From an uncultured Acidobacteriota bacterium (lineage in GTDB: Bacteria; Acidobacteriota; UBA6911), in contig CAYYTC010000006.1 in assembly GCA_964474425.1 (NCBI GenBank), forward strand, positions 20,503 to 84,502: 64,000 nt of DNA. Direction: 5' to 3'. The position numbers and the translations under genes were made by a program. The notes under the pieces were generated by a model, which was not told the DNA's origin, searched no databases, and saw only the letters and a list, made by a program, of their open reading frames with translations. Below are positions 28,120-37,628 of this stretch, in pieces. Every line of letters starts with the position of its first letter. The first letter of the stretch is position 1.

Positions 28120-30264
28120 ATGGAAGTGATGTCGGAAAAAGTGCTGACCGTATGTCCCTATTGCGGCGCCGGGTGCATGCTCAACCTGCTGGTTGACAAC
28201 GGCACGATTGTGGGAGCTGAACCTGCGCCCGGACGGACCAATCAAAGCGAGCTCTGCCTGAAGGGCTACTATGGCTGGGATTTTCTCAACGATACCAACC
28301 GTCTCACGCCGCGATTGAAGAAGCCCCTGATCCGCCGCCGCCGGGACGGCAAATTCGAGGAAGCCTCGTGGTTTGAGGCCATCGATTTTGCGGCCGGCAA
28401 GCTGCAGGAGATCAAGCACAAATACGGGCCGGATGCGATCATGCTCACCGGATCTGCCCGTGGACCGGGGAACGAAGCCAACTACGTCATGCAGAAGTTC
28501 GCCCGCGCGGTGATCGGCACAAACAATATCGATCACTGCGCCCGCGTCTGACATGCCCCTTCCGTGGCCGGGCTGGCCGCGACGCTGGGTAACGGGGCGA
28601 TGAGCAACTCCATCCCTGAAATCGAGGACACGCGGTGTGTCTTTATCTTCGGATATAACGCCGCCGATTCTCATCCGATTGTGGCGCGCCGCATCGTCAA
28701 TGCGAAACAGAAGGGCGCCAAGATCGTTGTGGTCGACCCGCGCATGACGGAGTCGGCGCGGATCGCTGACCTGTGGCTGCCGATACGCAACGGTACCAAC
28801 ATGGTCCTGGTGAATGCGTTCGGATATGTGCTGATCGAGGAAGGTCTGTATAACAGGGACTATGTCGCCAGCTATACCCAGGGCTTTGAGCAGTACAAGG
28901 CCATTGTTTCCAAATACACTCCCGAGTACGCGGAACAGGTTACGGGGATCCCCGCCAAAGATATACGCGAGGCGATGAGGATTTACGCGGCGGCTCCGAG
29001 CGCCTTCATCCTGTACGGCATGGGCGTGACGCACTATGGACAGGCGGTCGATGTCGTCAAGGGCCTGTCCGGCCTGGCGCTGCTTACGGGCAACTTCGGC
29101 CGGCCCAATGTCGGGATCGGCCCCGTGCGCGGCCAGAACAACGTCCAGGGAGCCTGCGATCACGGCGCGCTTCCCAACGTTTTCCCCGGATACCAGCCTG
29201 TTACGGACGAAGCCATACGCGCCAAGTTCGAAAAAGCCTGGGGCGTCTCCAGGCTGCCGGACAAGGTGGGTTGCACGCTGACGGATGTCCCCCACCTGGT
29301 TAAGGAAGGCAAGCTGAGGGCCTACTACATTTTCGGCGAGGACCTGGTTCAGACCGATCCCGATTCCGCTTCCCTCAGGGAAACCCTGAAGAGCATGGAG
29401 TTTGTTATTGTGCAGGATATCTTCATGAACAAGACCGCCCTGCATGCCGACGTGATTTTCCCCGCGACATCGTGGGGGGAGCACGAAGGGACCTATTCCA
29501 CGGCCGACCGGGGCTTCCAGCGCTTCCGCAAAGCCCTGGAGCCCAAGGGGGATGTGAAGACGGACTGGGAGATTATCTCCATGATGGCTACGGCCATGGG
29601 CTATCCCATGAAATACAGCAACACCGAGGAGATCTGGAACGAAATGCGTTCCCTGTGCCCGTCTTTTGCGGGTGTTACCTACGAAAGACTCGATAAGCTG
29701 GGCACCCTGCAATGGCCGTGCCCCAGCGAGGATCATCCCGGCACTCCCTATCTTTACGCGGGCAACAAATTCAATACGCCCGACGGCAAAGGACTGCTTT
29801 TTGCCGCGGAGTGGCGGCCGCCGCTCGAGCAGCCCGATAAGGACTACCCTCTGGTTTTATCGACCGTCCGCGAGGTCGGGCATTATTCCGCGCGCACCAT
29901 GACCGGCAACTGCGCCGCTCTGCAGGTCCTGGCGGATGAGCCGGGATATCTGCAGATCAGCGGCAAGGACGCCGAACGCCTGGGAATCCGGGACCAGGAA
30001 CTGGTCTGGATTTCGTCGCGCCGCGGCAAAGTGATCAGCCGGGCTCAGGTGACCGATCGCGTCAATATTGGCGCGGTATACATGACGTATCAGTGGTGGG
30101 TGGGCGCCTGCAACGAGCTGACCATTCATCACGTGGATCCGATATCCAAAACCCCGGAATACAAGTATTGCGCCGTGGCGGTGGAAAAGATAGACGACCA
30201 GGAGCAGGCCGAACGCTACGTTCAGGAGGAATACAGTCGTTTCAAAACCGCCATGAACATATAG
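28120..30264 (+). CDS. fdhF: formate dehydrogenase H (FdhF-type, molybdopterin), selenocysteine-containing; UGA at 28549-28551 is read as Sec
   Basis: N-terminal CPYCGAGC [4Fe-4S] motif. The two supplied ORFs (28120..28551 and 28564..30264) are in the same frame and separated only by TGA. Context NIDHCARV-U-HAPSVAGL matches the E. coli FdhF Sec140 region (...HCARV-U-HGPSVAGL...). Confidence 0.9.
28563..28581 (+). promoter_or_regulatory. candidate bacterial SECIS hairpin 11 nt downstream of the fdhF UGA
   Basis: CGUGGCC-GGGCU-GGCCGCG (7-bp stem including one G-U, 5-nt loop), placed as in known bacterial SECIS elements. Confidence 0.5.
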
Positions 30265-30331
30265 GGTTCTTTCGGCCGCCACCCTGGATTGTAGCTTTTC
30301 TTTGGTTGCGCAGCGGCGGCCGAAAGAATCC
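30264..30331 (+). terminator. long perfect hairpin (17-bp stem, 34-nt loop) immediately after the fdhF stop; candidate terminator or structured RNA element between convergent genes
   Basis: GGGTTCTTTCGGCCGCC ... GGCGGCCGAAAGAATCC. All 17 positions pair (one G-U). Confidence 0.45.
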
Positions 30332-30458
30332 TGTGCGATTCGCGACAGGAACCATCTATCGAAAAAGGGGAGTCGCAGGCATTACCAGACTCAGAGTGGC
30401 CGATCGCCAATATAAATGGCGGAGATTGCATGCATTCACGGATTCTATGGGTAGTGCA

Positions 30459-31892
30459 TTAATGTTCCGCTGCACGGGCAATGCCGCGCAGCATCCCGGA
30501 AAACACAAACTGGTGGACCAGGTAAAGGGAATACCAATATAAAAGCCCCCCTAAACCTACGGGATCGAAGATTGCGGTTTGCCGGATAACGGAGCCGCCC
30601 CCATCCTCAGTTACTTCAAATTCCAGCCATGCGCGTCCTGGCAGTTTCATTTCCGCCGTCAGAAGCAGCCTACGTTCCGGCTCAAACGATTGCACGCGCC
30701 AGAAGTCGAGAGAATCCCCGACTTTCAGATGAATCCTGTCGCGCCGTCCGCGGCGCATCCCTACCCCTCCCGCAAGCAAATCGATCCAGCCGCGGAGAAT
30801 CCACAGCCAGTTGCCATAATACCAGCCTGTCGAACCGCCAATCCGCTGAATGGGCATGAAAGCAGTTCGAGGAGGGACGGAAACATGGACCGTTCGCGAA
30901 TCGATAAGCCGGTTGCCGAAACGCACACCTCCCCAACGGGAAACCACTCCGGCGGACGATAGCGCATCCGCCCAATGGGTTTCGGAATACTCATGGTCTT
31001 CATGGCGCAGCGCGCGCGCAATAGCTTCCTTCACGCCAATCGGCCTAACGGAGAATGCGCGCATTGCGGCATCATCCTGCACAATTGTGGTATGACGAAT
31101 GCTGTCGATGAGCTTTCGGCCGACACGGGCATATAGGGGCGTAACCAGACCCAGCCACAGGCTTGACAGGCGGGGCGTTAAAATCGGAACCGGTAGCATG
31201 AAACGGCGAAGGCCGCGTTGGCTTGCATATTCGCGCATCAAACCGCCATAGGACACCCGGTCCGGGCCGCCGATCTCGAAAATTGGAGATCCCTGGACGG
31301 GCAAATCCAGGGCGCAGCGCAAATACCGAATCACATCGTCAACCGCAATGGGTTGGGCGAGCGCTTTGGCCCAGCGCGGTGTGATCATGATCGGGAGACG
31401 TTCGACCAGGGCCCGAATCATTTCAAATGAAAGGCTGCCCGATCCCAGGATGATCGAAGCCCGAAACTCGATGATCGGCACTCCAGACCGGCGAAAGATG
31501 GCGCCGACCTCCTGGCGGCTTCGCAGGTGAGGAGATAGCCTGAGGTCGTTCCCCAAACCTCCAAGGTAGATGATTCTTTCAATCCCCGCAGCCCGCGCAG
31601 CGCCGGCGAAATTTTCGGCTGCTTTGCGGTCCATTTCCTCAAATCCATGGGCCGTCCCCATGGAGTGAACCAGATAATAAGCCGTGCGGACGCCTGCCAT
31701 GGCGCTATTGAGCGAGTCCGGATTCAAAAGGTCGCCGGCAAAAACCTCGGTTTCGGTTCCCGCATGATCCCGCAGCATTTCAGGTCGCCGGACAATACAA
31801 CGCACGGGATGCTGTTCGGCCTCGAACCGTTTCAGAAGACGGCCGCCGATATAGCCCGTGGCGCCAGTCAGGAGAATCAGGGGGCCCATCAT
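30459..31892 (-). CDS. NAD(P)H-binding SDR/NmrA-like protein fused to a C-terminal DUF2867-like domain
   Basis: N-terminal Rossmann motif LLTGATGYIGGRL. Total 477 aa. Confidence 0.7.
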   Translation of the reverse strand: MMGPLILLTGATGYIGGRLLKRFEAEQHPVRCIVRRPEMLRDHAGTETEVFAGDLLNPDSLNSAMAGVRTAYYLVHSMGTAHGFEEMDRKAAENFAGAARAAGIERIIYLGGLGNDLRLSPHLRSRQEVGAIFRRSGVPIIEFRASIILGSGSLSFEMIRALVERLPIMITPRWAKALAQPIAVDDVIRYLRCALDLPVQGSPIFEIGGPDRVSYGGLMREYASQRGLRRFMLPVPILTPRLSSLWLGLVTPLYARVGRKLIDSIRHTTIVQDDAAMRAFSVRPIGVKEAIARALRHEDHEYSETHWADALSSAGVVSRWGGVRFGNRLIDSRTVHVSVPPRTAFMPIQRIGGSTGWYYGNWLWILRGWIDLLAGGVGMRRGRRDRIHLKVGDSLDFWRVQSFEPERRLLLTAEMKLPGRAWLEFEVTEDGGGSVIRQTAIFDPVGLGGLLYWYSLYLVHQFVFSGMLRGIARAAEH

Positions 31893-31993
31893 CCATTCCT
31901 TTCATCCTGTTCAATATCCGGTTTCAACCGGCACCAAACTCGGCTCGTATGAAATCCTCGAATGCATGGGCGCGGGCGGTATGGGGATGTCGG

Positions 31994-32524
31994 CTATTCC
32001 GGTAGCAATTCTTCCAGCCTGGGTCGGAGGCTTTCGGGGCAAAACCGCCTGATGAGGCTCCAATCCAGCTTATGTCGCTGCATTTCCACGATGGTTTGGG
32101 CGTCTTCGAGGTCCCGAGCCGAACCTGCCAGCAATTTTAACAGGATCACATCCTCGGGCGATGCGACCGGAATGGAGACATCCTCGATAGTGAGGATTCG
32201 AACCCGGGTCAACACGTCGGCAGGGGCGTTCCGGATTCCGATCAGGATGTCCACTTCGAACGGATCCGCGGTGGAGCCCATATCAATCCGGATCACCTCT
32301 GAAACCGGATCATCCCAATCACCGATCCGATGTTCAAATTGCATTCCCTCTTCATGCAACGCCTCTATCAGACGCCGGGAGTCGCCGGCGCAAAAGAGAT
32401 CCAGGTCGCGCGTAGCCCGTTCTTCTCCCCATGCCGCCACCGCATATCCCCCGATGACGGCATAGGGGATCTGACGTTTTACAAAAACCCTGTTGATTTG
32501 TCTAAATAGGCCGGAGAGGTTCAC
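31994..32524 (-). CDS. minimal nucleotidyltransferase-fold protein (Pol-beta superfamily)
   Basis: GGYAVAAWGEERATRDLDLF fits the hG[GS]x9-13DhD motif. 176 aa. Confidence 0.65.
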   Translation of the reverse strand: MNLSGLFRQINRVFVKRQIPYAVIGGYAVAAWGEERATRDLDLFCAGDSRRLIEALHEEGMQFEHRIGDWDDPVSEVIRIDMGSTADPFEVDILIGIRNAPADVLTRVRILTIEDVSIPVASPEDVILLKLLAGSARDLEDAQTIVEMQRHKLDWSLIRRFCPESLRPRLEELLPE

Positions 32525-32715
32525 TTTCGCCCTTTTTTAAGGATTTGCAGAATTTCCGTCTCGCCGAGGCCCTGGCTGCGCAAAGCCGCAATCCGCAGTT
32601 TGCGTGCTTCCGAGCTCAGCGTGAAGGCTGCCATCATTTTCTGGCCGGGGGACAATGTGTTTCGCGCCAGTCGCCGCTTTATTTTCGCTTCCAGCAGAAG
32701 TCCAGATCTGCCCAT
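32521..32715 (-). CDS. small hypothetical protein (64 aa), translationally coupled upstream partner of the nucleotidyltransferase
   Basis: 4-nt overlap (32521-32524) with the nucleotidyltransferase gene. Basic, helical. Confidence 0.4.
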   Translation of the reverse strand: MGRSGLLLEAKIKRRLARNTLSPGQKMMAAFTLSSEARKLRIAALRSQGLGETEILQILKKGRK

Positions 32716-33587
32716 CGGATGGAATCCTCTCCCGATATAAATAACAGGAATTGCGCAGCCTGTCTCTATATTTGTTGCAGGCTAATACGGCTGACATAGG
32801 GCTGCTTCATAGCTATAAAATTGATAGTAGTTTGCTTTTTCCGAAGGGGGAAGGAAAGAGCTTATCGGACAACTCCCGGAATTCTCGTGAACTGCATATA
32901 ATAAGGGGAAATATTCCGTCATCCAGGACTGCCATTTGCATCTTCCATTTGAGAAGTTCCGTGATCTGCCTCCTGCCTTCGGCTCATTTTTGTGCCCTGG
33001 CTTGCGCATACTTCTGCATTGGCGCAGATGCATGCCGAACTGCGTTCACGGCCGACAGCAACATCCTGACCATGGGCCGTGGCCGCCAGATTTAGTTCTA
33101 TTGGTAAATCCACGGCTCTGCCGGGAGACTCATAGAGTTTGACATCTCCGTATTTGGAAACGCTGAGATACGCTGACAAAAGCGCTGACAACCGATTTGT
33201 TCGGCGAGGGTCGGCGTTCAAGACCAGCGTAAATCCTCCAACCGCTTTGAGCGGTTCCAATCCTTCAAGCCTCCGGCTTTGCCGTAGGTGCCTGACATCT
33301 GTCTCTGATAAATCGGAGAAAAGTCTGCCCTATAAAAAGGCATGGAGTAAAATACATGAGCTGGCGGCGTGGCATGGCGTGTTGGATGGCCGTTCTCCCC
33401 ATAAAGATCCCTCCTAATGCAAATGCCGCGAGGAGGCCAGAAATATCGCTCGATCGCAGCCGTCGTCCATAGGCCGAACTATTGCGGATAGGGATTGTGG
33501 CGCGGCAACAGAAGTGTCCGAACGGTTTACTCATTGAAAAGCTGATGCGTGAAGCAGTGATGGAACTTACATAGAACGGAAATAAAC

Positions 33588-34463
33588 ATGTCAAATGTCA
33601 AATATTTCGCGCTTGCGGGGCAGGGAAATCCTGTCCATAAATCTATTGAACCTGAAAACGCGAGAGTCAACGCGGTATGGATGGACGGCAGCGTGGTGCA
33701 AGGCTGCATGTTTAATGAGATGTCCTGGTACATAAAGAGCTGCAGCGAACCCGGACTGATAAAACACAATTCCGACAAAGTAATGTTCTTTCTCGGAAGC
33801 AACGTTGAGGATCCTGAGAACCTGAACGCTACCGTAGAACTATGGATAGAGAACGACAAACTTACTCTCACAAAGACCTGCGCCGTTTTTGTCCCCGAAG
33901 GCGCCGCCCATGGAAATATTCAGGTTGGAAATCTAAAAAAGCCCTTTTTGAACTACGCCTGCCATCTCCGCACCAGCAATTATGAGGCCCTTCCAGCGAA
34001 GGCAAAGGCGGTTCCAGGAACTTATGCCGGCTACTATGTTGAAAGATATGAGCGTCCGGACGGGACATTGCCTTTGGCGCCTGAAGGCTTCCTCAAGTTT
34101 CTGGTATTTCTGGACGGCAAAAGGCTGAAAGGCGCGCCCTATGCCGAGGCGGTCTGGTTCCTTACCACGAATGACACGGGTCCCGCGCCGCACACTCATG
34201 AAAAATTTGACGAGTTTATAGGATTCATAGGATCGGATCCGGAACATCCTGACGCATTGAACGCTGAGATTGGTTTTTATGTAGAGGATGAAAAAATAAC
34301 CGTAACAAAGAGCTGTCTTGTCTATATCCCCAGAGGCCTCACCCACAGCCCGATATCTGTCCCGAAGCTTCAACGCCCAATAATCCATTTCTCCGGGGGC
34401 AACGGCGGAGACTATGCCAGAGGGGGCGGCAAGCACCGTGACGACAATTTGTTCAGGAAGTAG
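33588..34463 (+). CDS. bicupin-fold protein of unknown function
   Basis: Internal duplication, each half with cupin-like motifs. Half 1: H-NSD...PEGAAHGN. Half 2: HTHEKFDEFIGFIG (HxHxxxE) ...PRGLTHSP (PxGxxH). Lower GC than neighbours. Confidence 0.55.
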   Translation: MSNVKYFALAGQGNPVHKSIEPENARVNAVWMDGSVVQGCMFNEMSWYIKSCSEPGLIKHNSDKVMFFLGSNVEDPENLNATVELWIENDKLTLTKTCAVFVPEGAAHGNIQVGNLKKPFLNYACHLRTSNYEALPAKAKAVPGTYAGYYVERYERPDGTLPLAPEGFLKFLVFLDGKRLKGAPYAEAVWFLTTNDTGPAPHTHEKFDEFIGFIGSDPEHPDALNAEIGFYVEDEKITVTKSCLVYIPRGLTHSPISVPKLQRPIIHFSGGNGGDYARGGGKHRDDNLFRK

Positions 34464-34538
34464 CGGGATATCGGACCGCGGATGCCGGCAGCCGGAAATC
34501 AGGCTGAAGAAATCCGGATCGCCGTCTCCGCAGTTGCC

Positions 34539-36497
34539 CTAAGCAGGCTTGAAAAAGGTGACGGCCAGAGGCGGCAGCGTCAGGCTCAAGGAAAAGCTGC
34601 GGCCATGGGAGGGTATCGGCTCCGCGCTGACTCCGCCCAGGTTGCCCATCCCGCTGCCCCAATATTCTTTCCCGTCGCTGTTCAGGAGTTCCTTCCAGTA
34701 GCCTTCTTCCGGCACACCGAGACGGTATTGCAGGCGGGGGACCGGTGTGAAATTGCATACGACCAGGATTGTCTGACGGGGGCCGGTTCCCTTGCGCATG
34801 AAGGAGATCACACTGTTGTCCGAATCATTGCCGTCCACCCACTCGAATCCGGCAGGTTCGGTATCCAGGTGCATGGCGGCTTCGTCTTGGTAGAGCCGGT
34901 TGATGCTCTCAATCCAACTGCTGAGCCCTCGGTGGCGATCGTACTCCAGCAGGTTCCAATCCAGGCTGGAATTGTGGTCCCATTCCCGCCACTGCCCGAT
35001 CTCGGCCCCCATGAACAGCAGTTTTTTGCCCGGTTGCGCATACATGTATCCGATCAGCAGCCGCAGGTTGGCAAACTTCTGCCAGTTGTCGCCGGGCATT
35101 TTGGACAAGAGCGACCTTTTTCCATGAACGACCTCATCGTGGGAAAGAGGCAGTATGAAGTTCTCGGTGAAGGTATAGAGCGACCGGAAGGTAAGCTCAT
35201 TATGGCGATACTTGCGGTGGACAGGGTCGTGGCTGACATATTTAAGCGTATCGTGCATCCAGCCCATATCCCACTTTAGTCCGAAACCGAGGCCGCCCAC
35301 ATAGGGAGGTCTTGTCGCCATGGGCCAGGCAGTCGATTCCTCCGCAATCGTCTGAATATCCGGATGGGATTGGTACGCCTCCTGGTTGAACCGGCGGATA
35401 AAATCGACGGCTTCCAGGTTTTCTCTCCCTCCGTATCGGTTAGGAATCCATTCTCCTTCCTTGCGCGAATAGTCGAGGTACAGCATGGAAGCTACGGCGT
35501 CCACCCGCAAGCCGTCGATATGATATTTGTCCAGCCAGAACAGGCCGCTGCTGACAAGAAAGCTCCGGACCTCATTCCGTCCATAATTGAAAATGCACGT
35601 GTTCCAGTCCGGATGCATTCCCTGCTGCGGATCGGCATGCTCGTAAAGGTACGTTCCGTCGAAAAATGCAAGCCCATGCTCATCGTTGGGGAAATGCGAG
35701 GGGACCCAGTCCAGAATGACCCCGATGCCATGCTGATGCAGGCAATCGATGAGATACATGAAATCCTGTGGAGTGCCGTAGCGGCTGGTAGGCGCGAAAA
35801 AGGCTGTAACCTGGTACCCCCACGAGCCGAAAAACGGATGCTCCATGACGGGCAGGATTTCCACATGGGTGAAGCCCATCCGAGCCAGGTATTCGGGAAG
35901 GGCGGATGCCAGTTCCCGATAGGTCATGGAGCGGTGCTCTTCCCCGGGGATACGCCTCCAGGAACCCAGGTGCACTTCGTAAATGGCCATGGGAGCATGC
36001 AGCGAATTGCGGGCGCGCCTTTCGCGCATCCAGTCCTGGTCTCTCCATGAGTAGTCCAGATCCCAAACAATCGAGGCTGTCTCGGGCGGGACCTGGGAAT
36101 AGGACGCAAGCGGGTCGGCTTTGTCCACGACGTATCCGTGATGTTTGGTCGAAATGCGGAATTTGTACCGGGCACCGCGATCCACGCCGACCAGGAACCC
36201 TTCCCAGATCCCGGAGTCCTTCCTGGACCGGAGGGGGTGCCGCATACCGTTCCACTGGTTGAAATCCCCGATGGCGCTGACTCTTTCAGCGTTGGGCGCC
36301 CAGACCGCGAAATAAGTCCCGCGTTTTCCGGACAGGGTCGCGGGATGAGCCCCGAGCTTTTCATAAAGGCGGAAGTGCGATCCTTCGTTAAATAGATACA
36401 GATCGTCGTCGGTGATCAGGCTCACGCCATATTCCGGCCCGATGATGGTTTCAGCCATAAAACCCCCGATAGAATGACGAATGACGAAGTTAAGCAT
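34539..36497 (-). CDS. glgB: 1,4-alpha-glucan (glycogen) branching enzyme
   Basis: N-terminus LITDDDLYLFNEGSHFRLYEKLGAHP, GH13 catalytic core (DAVASMLY, GFGLKWDMGWMHD). Start may be at MAETII. Confidence 0.9.
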   Translation of the reverse strand: MLNFVIRHSIGGFMAETIIGPEYGVSLITDDDLYLFNEGSHFRLYEKLGAHPATLSGKRGTYFAVWAPNAERVSAIGDFNQWNGMRHPLRSRKDSGIWEGFLVGVDRGARYKFRISTKHHGYVVDKADPLASYSQVPPETASIVWDLDYSWRDQDWMRERRARNSLHAPMAIYEVHLGSWRRIPGEEHRSMTYRELASALPEYLARMGFTHVEILPVMEHPFFGSWGYQVTAFFAPTSRYGTPQDFMYLIDCLHQHGIGVILDWVPSHFPNDEHGLAFFDGTYLYEHADPQQGMHPDWNTCIFNYGRNEVRSFLVSSGLFWLDKYHIDGLRVDAVASMLYLDYSRKEGEWIPNRYGGRENLEAVDFIRRFNQEAYQSHPDIQTIAEESTAWPMATRPPYVGGLGFGLKWDMGWMHDTLKYVSHDPVHRKYRHNELTFRSLYTFTENFILPLSHDEVVHGKRSLLSKMPGDNWQKFANLRLLIGYMYAQPGKKLLFMGAEIGQWREWDHNSSLDWNLLEYDRHRGLSSWIESINRLYQDEAAMHLDTEPAGFEWVDGNDSDNSVISFMRKGTGPRQTILVVCNFTPVPRLQYRLGVPEEGYWKELLNSDGKEYWGSGMGNLGGVSAEPIPSHGRSFSLSLTLPPLAVTFFKPA

Positions 36498-36569
36498 ACC
36501 GCCCGCTTACCGGGAAGGCTGTTCCTATTTCGGATTCGCCCGTTCTCTGTCATTCGCAATTCGTAATTC

Positions 36570-37427
36570 TCAAGCCGCTCCCTGCTTCCGGAACCAGGCG
36601 AGCAGTCTTTTCCATCCGTCCGCTGCGTCTTCCTTGCGGTAGCTTGGGCGGATATCGGCAAAGAATCCATGGCCTGCCTCCGGATAGACATGGATCTCAG
36701 AGGGATTCCCGGCCTTCTTCAGCGCATCCCGCATACGTTCTACCGTGTCGAGCGGGATGCCCTGGTCTTTCCCGCCGTATAAGCCCAGGACCGGAGCCTT
36801 GAGCGATGCAACAATGTCGATTGGGTGCTTCGGCTGCAGCGGCGATGAATCGCCGACCAGACGCCCATACCATGCGACACCGGCTTTGACCTTCGGATTG
36901 TGGGCGGCATATAACCATGTGACCCGGCCGCCCCAGCAAAAGCCGGTCACACCCATCTTCGCGGTGTCCCCCTGGTTTTTGGATGCCCATTCGACAGCGG
37001 CATCCAGATCGGAAAGGACCTGCGCGTCCGGGGTCTGGGATACGATTTTAAAAACCTCGTCCATCTTTTCGATCTTCGAAACATCCCCGTGGCGGAAGAA
37101 GAAGTCCGGAGCAATGGCCAGATAGCCTTCCTTGGCAAAACGCCGGCAGATATCTTTGATGTGCTCCTGCAGCCCGAATATTTCACAGACAACCAGGGCC
37201 ACCGGAAAGGGGCCGTTGGAAGCCGGCCTCGAGCGGTAGGACGGAATTTCCCCGTTCGACACGGGAATTTTAACATCTCCGGATGTCAGTCCCTTTGCAT
37301 CCGTCGTGATATTCTGGCCGGCCACAGGCGCTGCGGCCAATGCGATTCCCGCGGATACCGTGGCGGCAACAAATTCCCTTCGAGTCAGTTCGGTTTCAGA
37401 CGATTGATCCCTTAGATTCTCGTGCAT
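36570..37427 (-). CDS. dienelactone hydrolase-family alpha/beta hydrolase with twin-arginine signal
   Basis: TAT motif [20 protein letters not shown]. The ORF-track start at 37493 is an upstream extension. Confidence 0.7.
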   Translation of the reverse strand: MHENLRDQSSETELTRREFVAATVSAGIALAAAPVAGQNITTDAKGLTSGDVKIPVSNGEIPSYRSRPASNGPFPVALVVCEIFGLQEHIKDICRRFAKEGYLAIAPDFFFRHGDVSKIEKMDEVFKIVSQTPDAQVLSDLDAAVEWASKNQGDTAKMGVTGFCWGGRVTWLYAAHNPKVKAGVAWYGRLVGDSSPLQPKHPIDIVASLKAPVLGLYGGKDQGIPLDTVERMRDALKKAGNPSEIHVYPEAGHGFFADIRPSYRKEDAADGWKRLLAWFRKQGAA

Positions 37428-37628
37428 GCCTTTTCCCTCCTTAGATCTGTGGCGCTGCCCCAATGTTAACGGAAATCGGGTGGTATTCTGCAACTAATTA
37501 ATGGGGTCAGGTTGCTGACCCTTGAAGGGAATCAACTCGAATGGAGGATTTTCCGATTTCTTCGTGCCTTTTGACGGAAAATGATAATCTTGCATTCAGA
37601 GCCCCATTGCAGCGGGGGGAGAGAGCCC

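Noticed and set aside
28549-28564. Apparent break of fdhF into two ORFs (possible pseudogene)
   Set aside because: Same frame, single TGA, conserved selenocysteine context and a downstream hairpin. Interpreted as Sec recoding.
36422-36691. 89-aa minus-strand ORF between glgB and the dienelactone hydrolase gene. Small ORFs in the gaps 2273-2585, 30300-30458 and 57111-57524 were also noticed.
   Set aside because: No motifs, atypical composition. Treated as intergenic/promoter sequence.
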